From positions 1 to 64,000 of the forward strand of contig JAQGDQ010000974.1 in NCBI GenBank assembly GCA_030141605.1: a stretch of DNA of 64,000 bases, read 5' to 3'. The DNA comes from Tubiluchus corallicola. Taxonomy: Eukaryota; Animalia; Priapulida. The translations under genes were made by a program, and so were the position numbers. Shown here one piece after another: positions 38,681-50,981 of this stretch. A model generated the notes under the pieces. That model was not told the origin of the DNA, did not search any database, and saw only the letters and a list, made by a program, of their open reading frames with translations. Within the stretch, counting starts at the first letter, position 1; the number at the start of each line of letters is the position of its first letter.

Positions 38681-39561
38681 AATCAACTTTTCCGTGGTAT
38701 TTTATTGTTTAAATACGTTAATTAATGTGCAGGAATACATAAGTTCAAGTTTTCTAGCAAACTGCAAACCACCAAAATGGTTAAGTATTAAACTGAAATT
38801 CTTTCGAATCTTCGTTTTGGCGAAGAGCTCGCATCAGCAGAGATTTCAGCAATTTTAATTTAATAGTTTTTTTCAGATGTTAGCGTCTGCAATGACTTAA
38901 TTTTTTCTTAAATGTCTTATCGCATTTTGCATTTCACTTTGTATATAAGTGTACTTAAAACTAATTTTTGACCTGTGTACAAGCGTGTGATCAAGTGTAT
39001 ATATTTTTATGTACTCCTGTGTTTTAAAAATTGAGTGTGAAAAGTAATCAGATCTCTTTTTGCATATAGTTTTTTGTCAATTTACTCAGAACAGCAACTG
39101 TTTATAGAAAACTGTAGGAAAAGTTCCTGTTTTGGAATGTTTCTGTATCAGAGCTACCCGTTGTCTAAGCAGAATTTAAGTAAAAACAGATAGCCTCAGC
39201 TTTTTCGCATTAATTTTTCTTTGGGAATTGCAAAAAAAAATATTTGACTAGTGGCTATCCAGTGCAAATTATAGTAAACGTTTGTTAAAAAAACACTTAA
39301 ATTTGTTCCATTCTTCCACGTTTTATCCAAATATTCTTGAAGTAATAAAGCATAGATAAGCCAGCATTTTTATTCTTGTAAATGCACGATTTATATTATG
39401 TCTGTGTAATAAATATAATTAAATGAAAATTACACCTTACAAATGGTGCATACATTACATTACAGATCTTGGCATAATACTTCACAAAATTACTACTGTT
39501 AGTGTAGCATTACTATAGTAATTCATAGACCTACACAATTAACTGCATTACTTAAGTTCCC

Positions 39562-39680
39562 GTCTACGGCCATATCACGTTGAAAACACCGGTTCTCCTC
39601 TGATCACCGAAGTTAAGCAACATAGAGCCTGGTTAGTACTTTGATGGGTCACCGCCTAGGAATACCAGGTGCTATAGGCC
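39562..39680 (+). rRNA. 5S rRNA-derived sequence (SINE head or pseudogene, probably not a functional 5S gene)
   Basis: Full-length 5S-like sequence GTCTACGGCCATATCACGTTGAAAACACCGGTTCTC...AGTTAAGC (box A)...GGTTAGTACTT.GATGGG (box C)...GGAATACCAGGTGCT. It has several substitutions and no downstream T-run terminator. Confidence 0.85.
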
Positions 39681-40106
39681 TGCGGGATTCCCACACTGTA
39701 TCTCGACACTAGGCGGAGGAGCTGCACAAGAATCCAATGGCTAGAGGGCAGAGGAGGTGATATGTGTATGTGCCATGTGTAGTGTAAACCTTCCAAATCA
39801 GGAGTGGAGACCAGTGCAGCATGCTCACTGACTCCAGCAGCTCCTGCAGCCAACCTGGTGCCAAACGTACTGCTCAGCTTTCCTTTGGACTACACCAGGG
39901 AGGCAGAGAGAGAGTTCCTGTTGTCTGGGCAACTCGGGAACTCCATACACCTTGCCCAGGCGTGCGCCCTGGAGAGGCCACTCCAGTGGTTCAAGGATCG
40001 GACTGCTCAGCCACAGTCGATGCTACAGCTCCATCAATGTGATCAATAACTGACTCTCGTGGTGCACACTCCATTGTCTTTCAAGACAGAAGGATGCCAA
40101 CAATTC
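39562..40106 (+). mobile_element. 5S-rRNA-derived SINE (SINE3) with RTE-like body and tail
   Basis: A 5S head, a ~420-bp GC-richer body, and an end CACACTCCATTGTCTTTCAAGACAGAAGGATGCCAACAA resembling RTE-LINE 3' ends. TSD AAGTTCCC at 39554-39561 and 40107-40114. Confidence 0.8.
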
Positions 40107-40467
40107 AAGTTCCCCCATTGTGTATTACCGCTCACTAAACCTGTACATCAACTTGTTCATTTACAATGTTTTTTAAATTTATCAGTAGTCATACAAATAA
40201 CCATGATTACTCAAGAAGCAGCTTTTTCGTAACAATTTTTCCTAAAGTTTCTCAATCACCATAGCATTTGAAGAATGCTGTTAAATGGATTCGCTTTACT
40301 CCAGCTGATTTTTCACTTTAATAGTTATGTTTGCTAAGGTTTTTTGAGCTGTCTTAGTTTCAAATTGGTATCTGCACATTCACGTTGCTACACAGAGGTT
40401 TTTATACTCACTAATGATAACCAAGGTACGCATGAGTATAGTTTAAGTCTGCAAAGTAGTATCGATT

Positions 40468-43400
40468 TTACTCGTCACAGCAAATTTCAAAGTGTTCAAC
40501 AAATTCGGTATGTCTATTTTGTGGATATGCCTTTGTGCACTTTGGGCAATACAGGAAATCTTCATTGGATGCACATTCTTCTTCTTCGGTTTTGCATTGG
40601 TCTGTGACATCTTCAATGATTACAGCACTTTGACGAGGACTCACACTTGCTGCACGAGAACCCGAAGGAGTGACGTGGGTAGACACCCTTCCACCATCAA
40701 TATCGATGTCTTCTGTTACATATAGACTTGTTCTGGGACTGATGTTACAGCGTACGGTCACGACTGGACTCGTTCCTCTACTGACAAATCGTCCCTAAAA
40801 TGAACAATAGTTGAGTGGATCTTCACTATAATTTGGTTTGCCCAAAACAGAACATTCTTGAGTTCGGAACGTTAAGTGGCAAGTTGTAAGGTTATTATTA
40901 TACTAGCTTTTACCCCTTTCATATTTGTCTTACCTTGATCGCAGAAGACAGTAGAGAAAATGACAATAAACAAAAAGTGACAAGTTATGTTCAGTAATTT
41001 CATTTACCTGTACACTTTAAATTCATTATTTAAAGTTTATTTCAAGCAAAAGGCAATTCATGAAATTAGTTCCTGCAAAGTTTCAAATTTATTAAATTGT
41101 CTTTCCATATTATAAGTGATAATCGAGAAATATGTTACAAACCGGATTTGCAGAACTGCATTCCAGAAATGCTGAACTATATGATCCACTTCGTCTAAAA
41201 CTGTCTCCGCTAGTTGATGCAAATGAGCTATTACTCCAGCGAGCGATGTCGTCTCGTGCTGAAGCGTATGATCCACTCCGTCTGATGTCATCTCTTTGGG
41301 TAGAGTTTCTCCGTCGGACAAGATTGTAAGCATCCTCTGCTTCCTGGTACCGCTGCAGCTGCAGGACAAAGATAATGATTATTATATTAACGCAACATTA
41401 ATTAGCAGTATATAATTGCTGCGGGTCAGTCACGTGAGTCAAGGTCACTAAAAATGAGATTCTTGTGTATCCAAACACAGCAGTGATGATGCTCTTAAAG
41501 GAAAACCAGACGATTGTTTACACTCAATCTCATTTTAATTTACTGTTCAAAATATATATTTTCTTGCCTATAAAAGTTAGTATTGGTTTCTTATATTTGA
41601 ATAATTAGCTTAGAAAGTTAATTAACGGCAACCGAAAACAGCTGTTGCTTATGTCAGAAACTAATCACAGTTTGTGCAACAGCAGGCATCTCCCTTGTGC
41701 ATCACGCACGTTTGCATAAGTGTTACTTTACTGCTTAAACACATGATGCCACGAAGACGGGTTGTACGCCATACGACGTCAGAAACTAACACTGCAGTTC
41801 GTCATCATTATCACGGTACCGTCTTCTATTTGTCGGTCACGCGAATGTGGCAGAAGGGTGCTGCTGCCAGTCTTAGTAGATTCACTGAGCCTTGCGTAGC
41901 TTTGAAAGTTTAACATGTTGCAACTGACAAGTAGCGCATAACAAGATGCTGTCACAGTACATACCATGGTTGTAATTGCTTTTAATGGTGTTTTTTATAT
42001 GAAAAGTGACTCACCGCCGATTGCATTTGTTCCATCTTCTCTTCTAATTCATTAGCTCTTTCCAAGGCCTTTTCTTTATCTGCCTTTTCAGATTTCCAGT
42101 CGTCCATGTAGACACTAAAAAAGATAATCTTGTAATCCAATATTATTCCAATTGCACCTCAAGTTCTGATGGCCTTCTTTGCATAATAAAAATTATCGTC
42201 TAAAATCAGTGTTTAAATTCAAGTGGATGAGTGGATTTCTACATTGAAGAAAAGTGATATTCGTACATGCGACAGTTTGCTCTTTAAATAGTGGTTTTGC
42301 TTTTAACTCTGCATGGCCCAATTTTTTTTGATCTGAAAAATACAACTTAAGTTCACTATATGTAAGCATGCAATCAACAGACTCACGACCATGGTTGGAC
42401 TTGGTCTATATATTGTTGTCCTTTTACTTAAGTTCACTGTATGTAAGCATGCAGTCAACAGACTCACAACCATGGTTGGACTTGGTCTATATATTGTTGT
42501 CCTTTTACTTAAGTTCACTGTATGTAAGCATGCAGTCAACAGACTCACGACCATGGTTGGACTTGGTCTATATATTGTTGTTCTTTTACTTAAGTTCACT
42601 GTATGTAAGCATGCAGTCAACAGACTCACAACCATGGTTGGACTTGCTCTATATATTGTTGTCCTTTTACTTAAGTTCACTGTATGTAAGCATGCAATCA
42701 ACAGACTCACGACCATGGTTGGACTTGCTCTATATATTGTTGTTCTTTTACTTAAGTTCACTGTATGTAAGCATGCAGTCAACAGACTCACAACCATGGT
42801 TGGACTTGGTCTATATATTGTTGTTCTTTTACTTAAGTTCACTGTATGTAAGCATGCAGTCAACAGACTCACAACCATGGTTGGACTTGGTCTATATATT
42901 GTTGTCCTTTTACTTAAGTTCACTGTATGTAAGCATGCAATCAACAGACTCACGACCATGGTTGGACTTGCTCTATATATTCTTGTGCTTTTACTTAAGT
43001 TCACTGTATGTAAGCATGCAGTCAACAGACTCACAACCATGGTTGGACTTGCTCTATATATTGTTGTCCTTTTACTTAAGTTCACTGTATGTAAGCATGC
43101 AGTCAACAGACTCGCGACCATGGTTGGACTTGGTCTATATATTGTTGTCCTTTTACTTTCTATTGCACTTTTTACTAAATTAAAATTGCTGGAAAATTAA
43201 AACGAAACTTTACCTGATTTGTTGCTCTAGAAGTGGTATACGTTCTGCATCTTCTTGTCGTTTCTTCATCTGAGATTGCTGCTTGCTTGCATCTATTTGA
43301 GCGAGCTGCAGACGTGTAGCGGCGTGCAAGTCCTGAACTTCTCTCAGTTTCTTTTTCTCCTGTTCCAATTCCAACTTGATCCTCTCTTTTTCCTGATCAG

Positions 43401-46400
43401 ATAGTTACAATGTTCAAAGTAACTGTACATTGTGCAAACTACAAATATTGTTAACAAGTGGCCAGAAAAACCACATAATGTTATTCTCAAAAGAAAATAG
43501 ACATGTTGGTCTCTACTATGTGTTGATCAGCGGCCAGAAAAACCACATCATATTATTCTCAAAAGTGAATAGACAGATAGGCCGCTACTATATGTTGTTT
43601 AGGGGCCAGAAAAACCACATGTTATTCTGAAAAGTAAATAGACGCATAGGCCTCTGCTATGTGATGATCAGGGGTCAGTAAAACTACATCATGTTATTCT
43701 CTAAAGTAAGAAGTAAATAAACACATAGGCCTCTACTATGTGTTGATCAGGGGCCAGAAAAACCACATGTTATTCTGAAAAGTAAATAGACGCATAGGCC
43801 TCTGCTATGTGATGATCAGGGGCCAGTAAAACTACATCATGTTATTCTCTAAAGTAAGAAGTAAATAAACACATAGGCCTCTACTATGTGTTGAACAGGG
43901 GCCAGAAAAACCACATGTTATTCTGAAAAGTAAATAGACACATAGGCCTCTGCTATGTGATGATCAGGGGCCAGTAAAACTACATCATGTTATTCTCTAA
44001 AGTAAGAAGTAAATAAACACATAGGCCTCTACTATGTGTTGAACAGGGGCCAGTAAAACTACACCATGTTATTCTCTAAAGTAAGAAGTAAATAAACACA
44101 TAGGCCTCTACTATGTGTTGAACAGGGGCCAGAAAAACCACATGTTATTCTGAAAAGTAAATAGACGCATAGGCCTCTGCTATGTGATGATCAGGGACCA
44201 GAAGTAAATAGACACATAGGCCTTTACTATATGATGATCAGGAATGTTACATGCTTCATAACATGCGGCCGTACAGGTGCACCATCATAATAATGAAGCA
44301 AATCGGTATTTGTTCATCTGTTTATTGCCATCCAATTATAATTGCAATACATAGTGGAACTAGCCTGTCTATGCTTGTTTTCCAAGACAGCATATTTTCC
44401 ACCATTATGAAGAAAACTTTTCTTATTATAAAAGAAAGCTTTGCTTATCAGCCTTATCAGATGAATCAGCCTTAGCTTTACCACTGTGTGAACATGGCCT
44501 TAGCTTTACCACTGTGCCAAAATGTCCTTAGCTTTACCGCTGTGTGAACATGGCCTTAGTTTTACCACTGTGTGAACATGGCACACACATTCAAGCCATG
44601 ATCTAAGATTAATTTATATCTCTAGTTCAGTAAATTCCCGTTTCTGTAAGAAGAAAAAATGATTCGTATCTCCAGCGTAACAGTAAGACTCAAAATACAT
44701 CCCGTAACTTGCAATACCTGCATAATTCTTGCTAAGTGTGAGTCGATGTTAGACTGGTGAGTATCCGTGGCTTGTTCAACCACTTCTATCTTCTTATGCA
44801 GCTCTTGCACGTAATCTTTTGTGGTTTTTTTCTCGCTTTCCCACTGTTTCATAACCTACATGTAAGTCGTACGTAATTATTATTTGTTCTGACTGCAGCG
44901 AGGGTGGTAACATAACTTCCAGAGACTGTGTAAGCACACAGGGCCTATTTCAGCCTAAGCGAGACCCGGGGAAGTGGGACGTGTGAGGCCCCCCCCCTTG
45001 GGTTGCCAGAAAATTTTTGAACTGCTAGAACGCCGGAGTAGCATTTTCGAAGAGAAAATCCATTTATACAGAAATATATTAAAGGAAAGAACAATTGAAA
45101 TAAAAACTGCTTTATTCTCAAGACCAGTCCTTAATACTTGTCAATACTGGCAAACGGCGCGCGTGCGGCAAGAGGGAGAGAGGAGGCAGTATGGTCGCAT
45201 AAAGCAAAAAATGTTACCTTGGCGCGAGGCCCCCTAGAGGGTGAGGACCCGCCCGGTATCCCCCCCCCTGAAATAGGCCCTGTTAGCACATGTACCTGTA
45301 AAAATGTGTGACTATATAAGCCAGACTTTTTATACATATGCATAGTATTGCTGACATACTTACACATTTGATACAAGAGTTCACCAGTTGGTAACTCAAA
45401 TGTAAAAACTGCTGTGCAGTACAGCTACAGGTTTATAGCCATTATCTGCTCGATTTTCACAGCTGGCAGCATCATAGCAGATTATGTGACAAGTTAGCAG
45501 TTAATGGATGTTCCCAGAATAAGTGTAAATGATGCACACATAATCTGGGAAAGTCCAGTAATTGCTGACGTGTTACATTGTGCTTTTACAAGACATGTAT
45601 CTTTTTAAGTGGGAAAATCCCTGCTTACTAGTTTGCTACGCCTGGTGGGAAAATTACGTATACTTACAGTTGTAACGCTATTATTAACATATTAACACTT
45701 TATACACTATGATATGCAAAGGTACAATCAAATACAAGCATATTGAGATGGTTAACAGCAAATTAATGACTTAATGAAATCAAGGAACCATGCAAGTTTA
45801 TACAGAAATGGCATAGTCATAGGAGGTTTCAACGATTTATTAAAACCGGCACATTTTCTAACTTAACTCTGTAACTTATGAAGGTAAAAATATTTTTACT
45901 TTTTTTAAATTTTCTTGGAAATTATGAAGTCGCTTTTAATTTTCCAAACGATTCATTTGAAATTTGCAGTGGGAAAGGTCTGCATTACTTAATTGTATAT
46001 TATCAACAGTATGGTTGATTAGTGCTGATGTGGCAGAACCGGAACTTATTTAAGTATCAAAGCTAATCCTCCTAAGGTGAGACGATGGGCTGACCTGATA
46101 AAGCATTTCATCAGTTCTAAAATTTGAAGTAAGTACATGTCTGGAATGTTTTAGAAGCATTCGTGTAAATTTTTAAAAATTCTTCAGCAACTGCGTCTAA
46201 TATTTTTGTCGTAGAATTTGCTCTGTCCATACGTACCTCATTTAGAGCAGTTTTCAGTTTCCTGTTTTGCTCTGCAAGGATATGAGCTTGTTTTTTGAAC
46301 GAGCACGTGCATGTGACCAACAAAGGCTCTTCTGAAAACGGCAACTGGAAGAACAAAAATTACAGTAAGACTACAAACAATTTCAATGTTCAAACAGCGG

Positions 46401-47273
46401 CAACGGCAACGACAATGTTCATAGCCCTGCAGACAACACTCTTTGTGAAAATCAGGGAAACCGTAAACTAACAGGTGTGCAATCACAACAGCAACAACAA
46501 AAAAAATATCAAAATGACCACGGCCAAAACACCAACATCACTGTCAGAGTCAACAGCGGCTACAGTAACAACAATAACAGAAGCAATTAAACCAGTCTTT
46601 CGATGATTGGCTGGTTATAGCTATGGAACAAGTAATCTAAAAGAATGAAATTGACCTGTATGTTGAACCACAACGTATCACTGCAGAAACGTGAGCAGTC
46701 AACTGTGGTTACCTTGTTTAGCTGGATTTCATGGCTATTTAATTGTTTTACCTTGTTTGGCTGGATTTCATGGCTGTTTAATTGTTTTACCTTGTTTAGC
46801 TGGGTTTCATGGCTGTTTAATTGTTTTACCTTGTTTAGCTGGATTTCATGGCTGTTTAATTGTGGTTACCTTTTTGGCTGGATTTCATGGCTGTTTAATT
46901 GTGGTTACCTTTTTGGCTGGATTTCATGGTTGTTTAATTAAACCTTGTATACAGCTACGGTCTTATTTAGCTGTTCTGTCATAACGCCGGAGTACAGACG
47001 GGCAACCTAGCAGAACAGCTAAATAAGATCAAAGGGAAATCTTTTATTCGACGTCAGTATTAAATACGTCTCTCAACACTGGATGAAGTGATTCTGTACC
47101 AAAAAACAGCAATTCCGTGTTGAGTTGCCGGGAACAGTCAGTTCTGCCTCGTGCTTTTTTGGCTACCTACTTACAGACTCTTGAATATCAGTTTTTTAGG
47201 TTCAGTGTTAGAAAGGCAGGATTTCTGTCAGCAACTGTCTGGATACCTGTAGTACCTTACCTTGAGTGACCAT
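40468..47273 (-). CDS. TNIP2: TNIP2 (ABIN-2)/CEP55-family coiled-coil ubiquitin-binding adaptor, ~355 aa
   Basis: Exons 47273-47261 (tentative), 46331-46237, 44855-44718, 43392-43214, 42114-42015, 41358-41143, 40794-40468, phase-consistent. EABR-like KQWESEKKTTKDYVQELHKKI; UBAN-like [38 protein letters not shown]; C-terminal zinc finger LYCPKCTKAYPQNRHTEFVEHFEICC. Orthology to TNIP2 versus CEP55 is not resolved. Confidence 0.75.
41499..41914 (+). mobile_element. Kolobok-like MITE copy 4 (3'-truncated)
   Basis: TTAA|AGGAAAACCAGACGATTG start; homology to copy 1 stops at GAAAGTTTAAC. Confidence 0.8.
42345..43158. repeat. Intronic minisatellite, 81-bp unit, 10 copies
   Basis: ACTTAAGTTCACTGTATGTAAGCATGCAGTCAACAGACTCAC... 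period 81, near-identical copies. Confidence 0.97.
43460..44242. repeat. Intronic minisatellite with alternating ~69- and ~79-bp variants
   Basis: GGGCCAG(A/T)AAA..ACAT..GTTATTCT...CATAGGCCTCT(A/G)CTATGTG units, ~11 copies. Confidence 0.9.
44468..44582. repeat. Short tandem repeat, ~29-bp unit, 4 copies
   Basis: CCTTAGCTTTACCACTGTGTGAACATGG repeated. Confidence 0.85.
44939..45282. mobile_element. hAT-like MITE
   Basis: Perfect 15-bp TIR CAGGGCCTATTTCAG / CTGAAATAGGCCCTG; 8-bp TSD TAAGCACA / TTAGCACA. Confidence 0.85.
46706..46939. repeat. Minisatellite, 39-bp unit, 6 copies
   Basis: TTACCTTGTTTAGCTGGATTTCATGGCTGTTTAATTGT repeated. Confidence 0.93.
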
Positions 47274-48311
47274 GGACCTTGTTTGGGGAAAAGATTTGCG
47301 CTTAGAGTTAGAATTACCGTGGGGAACAATTATTCCAGTTATTTTCACTTCTGTCCAGGAAGTTACGCTTCAACACAGTTTGTTTGTGTGATTGATTTTC
47401 TGTTTGTTTGGTTGTTTTTGTCTATTATGGCAGCAAACCTATTACGACGCAAAAACTATCTAACAGATTTTCAAGAAACTTTGCAAAGAAAGGTGGGAAT
47501 AGAGTGTCAAAATGGGAATCTTTTCGCCGGTTCTGTTTTCGCAAAACTTGGTCGTACACAATGTACAAAAAAACATTCGTGAAGCACTTCGTATGGGTCT
47601 CAGAGGGTGTGTTTAGTATTTCTTTTTTATTATCTCCACCAGGACAAACGACTAGTTCCATTTCGAGAAATTCTCGCTTGTAAGACTGTGTAACGCTGTC
47701 TATAATCTTGACTTATTAATGCGTATAGCCCAATCAGGTTACTTGGTACGTATTTTATTGTCAGTCTGTTACCATCGCCAACATTAATGGTAAAAGTGGT
47801 AGATAAACACTATGTGGAACATTCGTGTATTATTGATTCTCAATCCATTTAATGTACTTTGTGAGTCTTTTGTTAGTCTATATAATCTCACGACACGTAC
47901 AGTTTTGTATGTCTTTATTGTTCATTTTTGTTATAAAAAAATCAGACGAACAAGTTTAGGATTGTTCAGCTTTTTATCAGAGATCTGCTTCCTACTGAAC
48001 GCATTCTAGTTTTATTACAAAAATCAATTGCGTTAAAATAACATGTGTCATTTTTCCTACTTTTCCATTCGTACCATTTTTACCGCGCACCGTATCTTTC
48101 TCAGCACTATTTACTGTGAGTCATGGTACCAGGTCAACGAGCGTCACTTGGCTCGCTTTGGGTTTCCTCGTAGCTTCAAATAACACCAGGATGCAAGGAA
48201 AAGTTCAAGGTTAATTTTAGCCGTGTTAATTTATTGGGCTTAAAGCCAGCCGAGTAAACAACACTTCTAAAAATAGATTTTTGTCGGTTTTCAAATACTT
48301 GGCCAAATTAA

Positions 48312-48859
48312 AGGAAAACCGGATGATTGTGTAAACATTAGTACAGAATAAAAATGCTCTAAAATATTGAAAACTACAATAGCTTTTCTGAATCAAAGCT
48401 TTGATTAAATAATAATTACCTCGGATTCTCAAATTTTGTTTTAAACTTTCAAGCAACGCGCGGCTCAGTGAATCTACTGAGACTGGTAGTGGCGCTTTTT
48501 TGTCACAATCGCGTGGCTGATAAATAGAAGGCGGTACCGTGATAACCATGATCATGAACTACTGTGTTAGTTTCATAACGTCCAATGATGTAGAGCCCAT
48601 TTTTCGTGACATCATGCTTTTAATAGGTACTGTAACACCTATGCAAGTGTGTTTGATGCGCAAGGGAAGACGCTTCCATTGCACAAACTGTGGTTAGTTT
48701 CTGACGTAAGCAATAGCTGTGTTCGGTTGCCGTTAATTAACTTTCTAAGCTAATTATTCAAATATAAGGAACAAGTGTTAACTTTTATAGGCAAGAAAAT
48801 GTATATTTTGGACAGTAAATTAACATGAAATTGAGTCTAAACAGTCGTCCGGTTTTCCT
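48312..48859 (-). mobile_element. Kolobok-like MITE copy 5 (inverted)
   Basis: TTAA at 48308-48311 and 48860-48863; same TIRs and body. Confidence 0.85.
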
Positions 48860-49342
48860 TTAATGAAATTTAAACAATGTTAGTTTTTTGCATATACAGG
48901 AACAGCCATATCAGAAACAGCAACAGATAAAATGCGAGTTGGGGAGTTTATTAACAGTTAACAATATGAGATTTTCCGTAATATCAATAATAAGACGAAA
49001 TATCCTACTGCAGAGCTGTGTCGTAAAGTTGACATAACATAATTGTGAAAAAATCAATAAATAAATCTAATTCGAAAAGATTAAATTACAAATGATCATA
49101 ATTGCATTTTGTAATTTGAATCTACATCAAATTTGTAACACTGAAGTAGTCTTGTGTGGCAATTATGTTGCGGTCTTAGTTACCGGGTCGTGCTGCTTTT
49201 GTTTCTCACACCTGCTTTGCTTTGGAACTCGTTATATTTTCTGTACAATTATAGCAGAATTTTCATCTTTGCTGTGGAATATTGTACTGTTGCATGGATA
49301 GTTTATGAATAGTTAATAAATAGACTGATATAATTCTAAGAT

Positions 49343-49750
49343 ATCATCATCATCATCATCCAATGAATCACACGTCCAGGGACATGATTCTGCTCACCTC
49401 CCTATGCCAGGACTCCCTGCTTGCCGCAATGCCCCAAGTGCATTTATTTCTAAGGATCAATGCTGAAGTGTTTAAATCTTTTTGTGCAAAATCTAAGTAT
49501 GTTAACATTTGTCCTCCTGCAGGTGTTTTTTGCTGGTTCTATGGCTTGTTGAAGAGATATCTTCACTGGAATATCATCAGGTAGTCTAAGCATATGCCCA
49601 ATCCATCATAAACGGTGCCTTTTTATTTTTCTTGTCCAAGGTTCTTCTTTTATTTTTTCATACAGATCTTTGTTTGAGATTTTCTTTGGCCATCTGATAC
49701 CCAAAATGTTTCCGTAATTTCGCCTTTGGAACGCATCGATTTCAACTTTA
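49343..49750 (-). mobile_element. RTE-clade LINE 3' end
   Basis: The minus strand reads RHRL*WIGHMLRLPDDIPVKISL (RTE motif RRLRWLGHV.RM) and ends in a (GAT)n tail. Confidence 0.75.
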
Positions 49751-50981
49751 TGAATATCCTAAGATACCCTATGAATTTGAATATATAACATGATCAGAGT
49801 ATAACAATCAGCCCGTTTCCATGACAACGCAGTTAAAAAGGAATTTGCAACATTGTTCATACAGTCAGACTCAGACATGCACAATATATATGAGTTGAGA
49901 CGTTAAGTATGGCTGTTCACAATGTCAGTGCAGCTATGAAAGCTGATGCTTGAGCTGCTAGAACAATGCCAGTCTAGCTTAGAGGGGTCACAACAATTCA
50001 TGTGTGAGGTAATGCGACTTGGGTAAGGAGTAAGCTTTGTAGAACAAGCAATACACGGCGCAGTCTCTGTAGTGTCCAAATTCACTGTTCAACAACTAAG
50101 TTAAGTAAGCAATTTATTGTCATTATAGCATAATACATCCAATGAAATTTATGTGGTTTTACGTACTGCAATAACTTATAGAAACAACAAAGAGATTAAC
50201 ACAAATAATTCAATCAGTTGTACAGTGACGGAGAGAATTAATATTGAAGATTCACTGAAATTTACTGTTGATGGTGCGAATTGCAACGGGATAGAAAGAA
50301 TTTAAAGTTCTTGTGGTTTTAGCATTAATTGAGCGGAATCTACGACCAGAAGGAATCTACGAATTTAACTGATTATTAAATCACTAGCTATTAAAATGAT
50401 TTAAACTTCAGCATCAGAAGGAATTCAGAAAGTCGGGCAGCTGTTTGTATTTTTGGTGCCAAGAAATAGGAGAAACCACAAAAGATCATATCTGTGTTTA
50501 TAACAACTAGCAAGAGTAAGCAAGTGAACTGGCGCGAAGTTCTTTTTGCGGTCTTGTAAGATTCCAATACGCGCACTTGCCACCTGGGTGCACGGGAAGG
50601 GGTGACAGTGAGGGAGGAAGAACAAAACAGCTGAAACATCGGTTTCTAGCATTGTTTCTTTTCAGTTTCATTTGCTCCAAGGCAGTAAATTTGCGAATGT
50701 TACAATTACTTTCCCATTTCGTCGCAGATTTCAACGTACGTACTGCAGATTCCGAGTTCATGACCACCCCTTGACCTAAATGCTACCTTCCTCGCACAAA
50801 ACGGAGAATCGGGCTTCTCTCAACCCAGATGCGTCACGCGATAAGTATTTCAAAGCTACGGTAAGCAACTTGCGCCACGAAACTTTGCGGGGGAAATACC
50901 AGACGTGATGAATCATCGAGAACTGTTGGAGCCGCAACCGTGTACGAATATTTGCTTGTTAAGAATGGGCGCCATGTAACT

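Noticed and set aside
39562-39680. Functional 5S rRNA gene co-located with a Pol III subunit gene
   Set aside because: It has substitutions, no oligo-T terminator and a TSD around a longer element, so it is a SINE head. Proximity to POLR3G is probably coincidence.
41058-41369. 103-aa ORF as a separate gene
   Set aside because: It overlaps TNIP2-like exon 41358-41143, which is read in a different, splice-consistent frame.
42303-43200. Three ~270-aa ORFs on both strands
   Set aside because: Artefact of a stop-free 81-bp (27-codon) minisatellite lying in an intron of the TNIP2-like gene.
46645-46984. Hydrophobic repeat peptides
   Set aside because: Translations of the 39-bp minisatellite.
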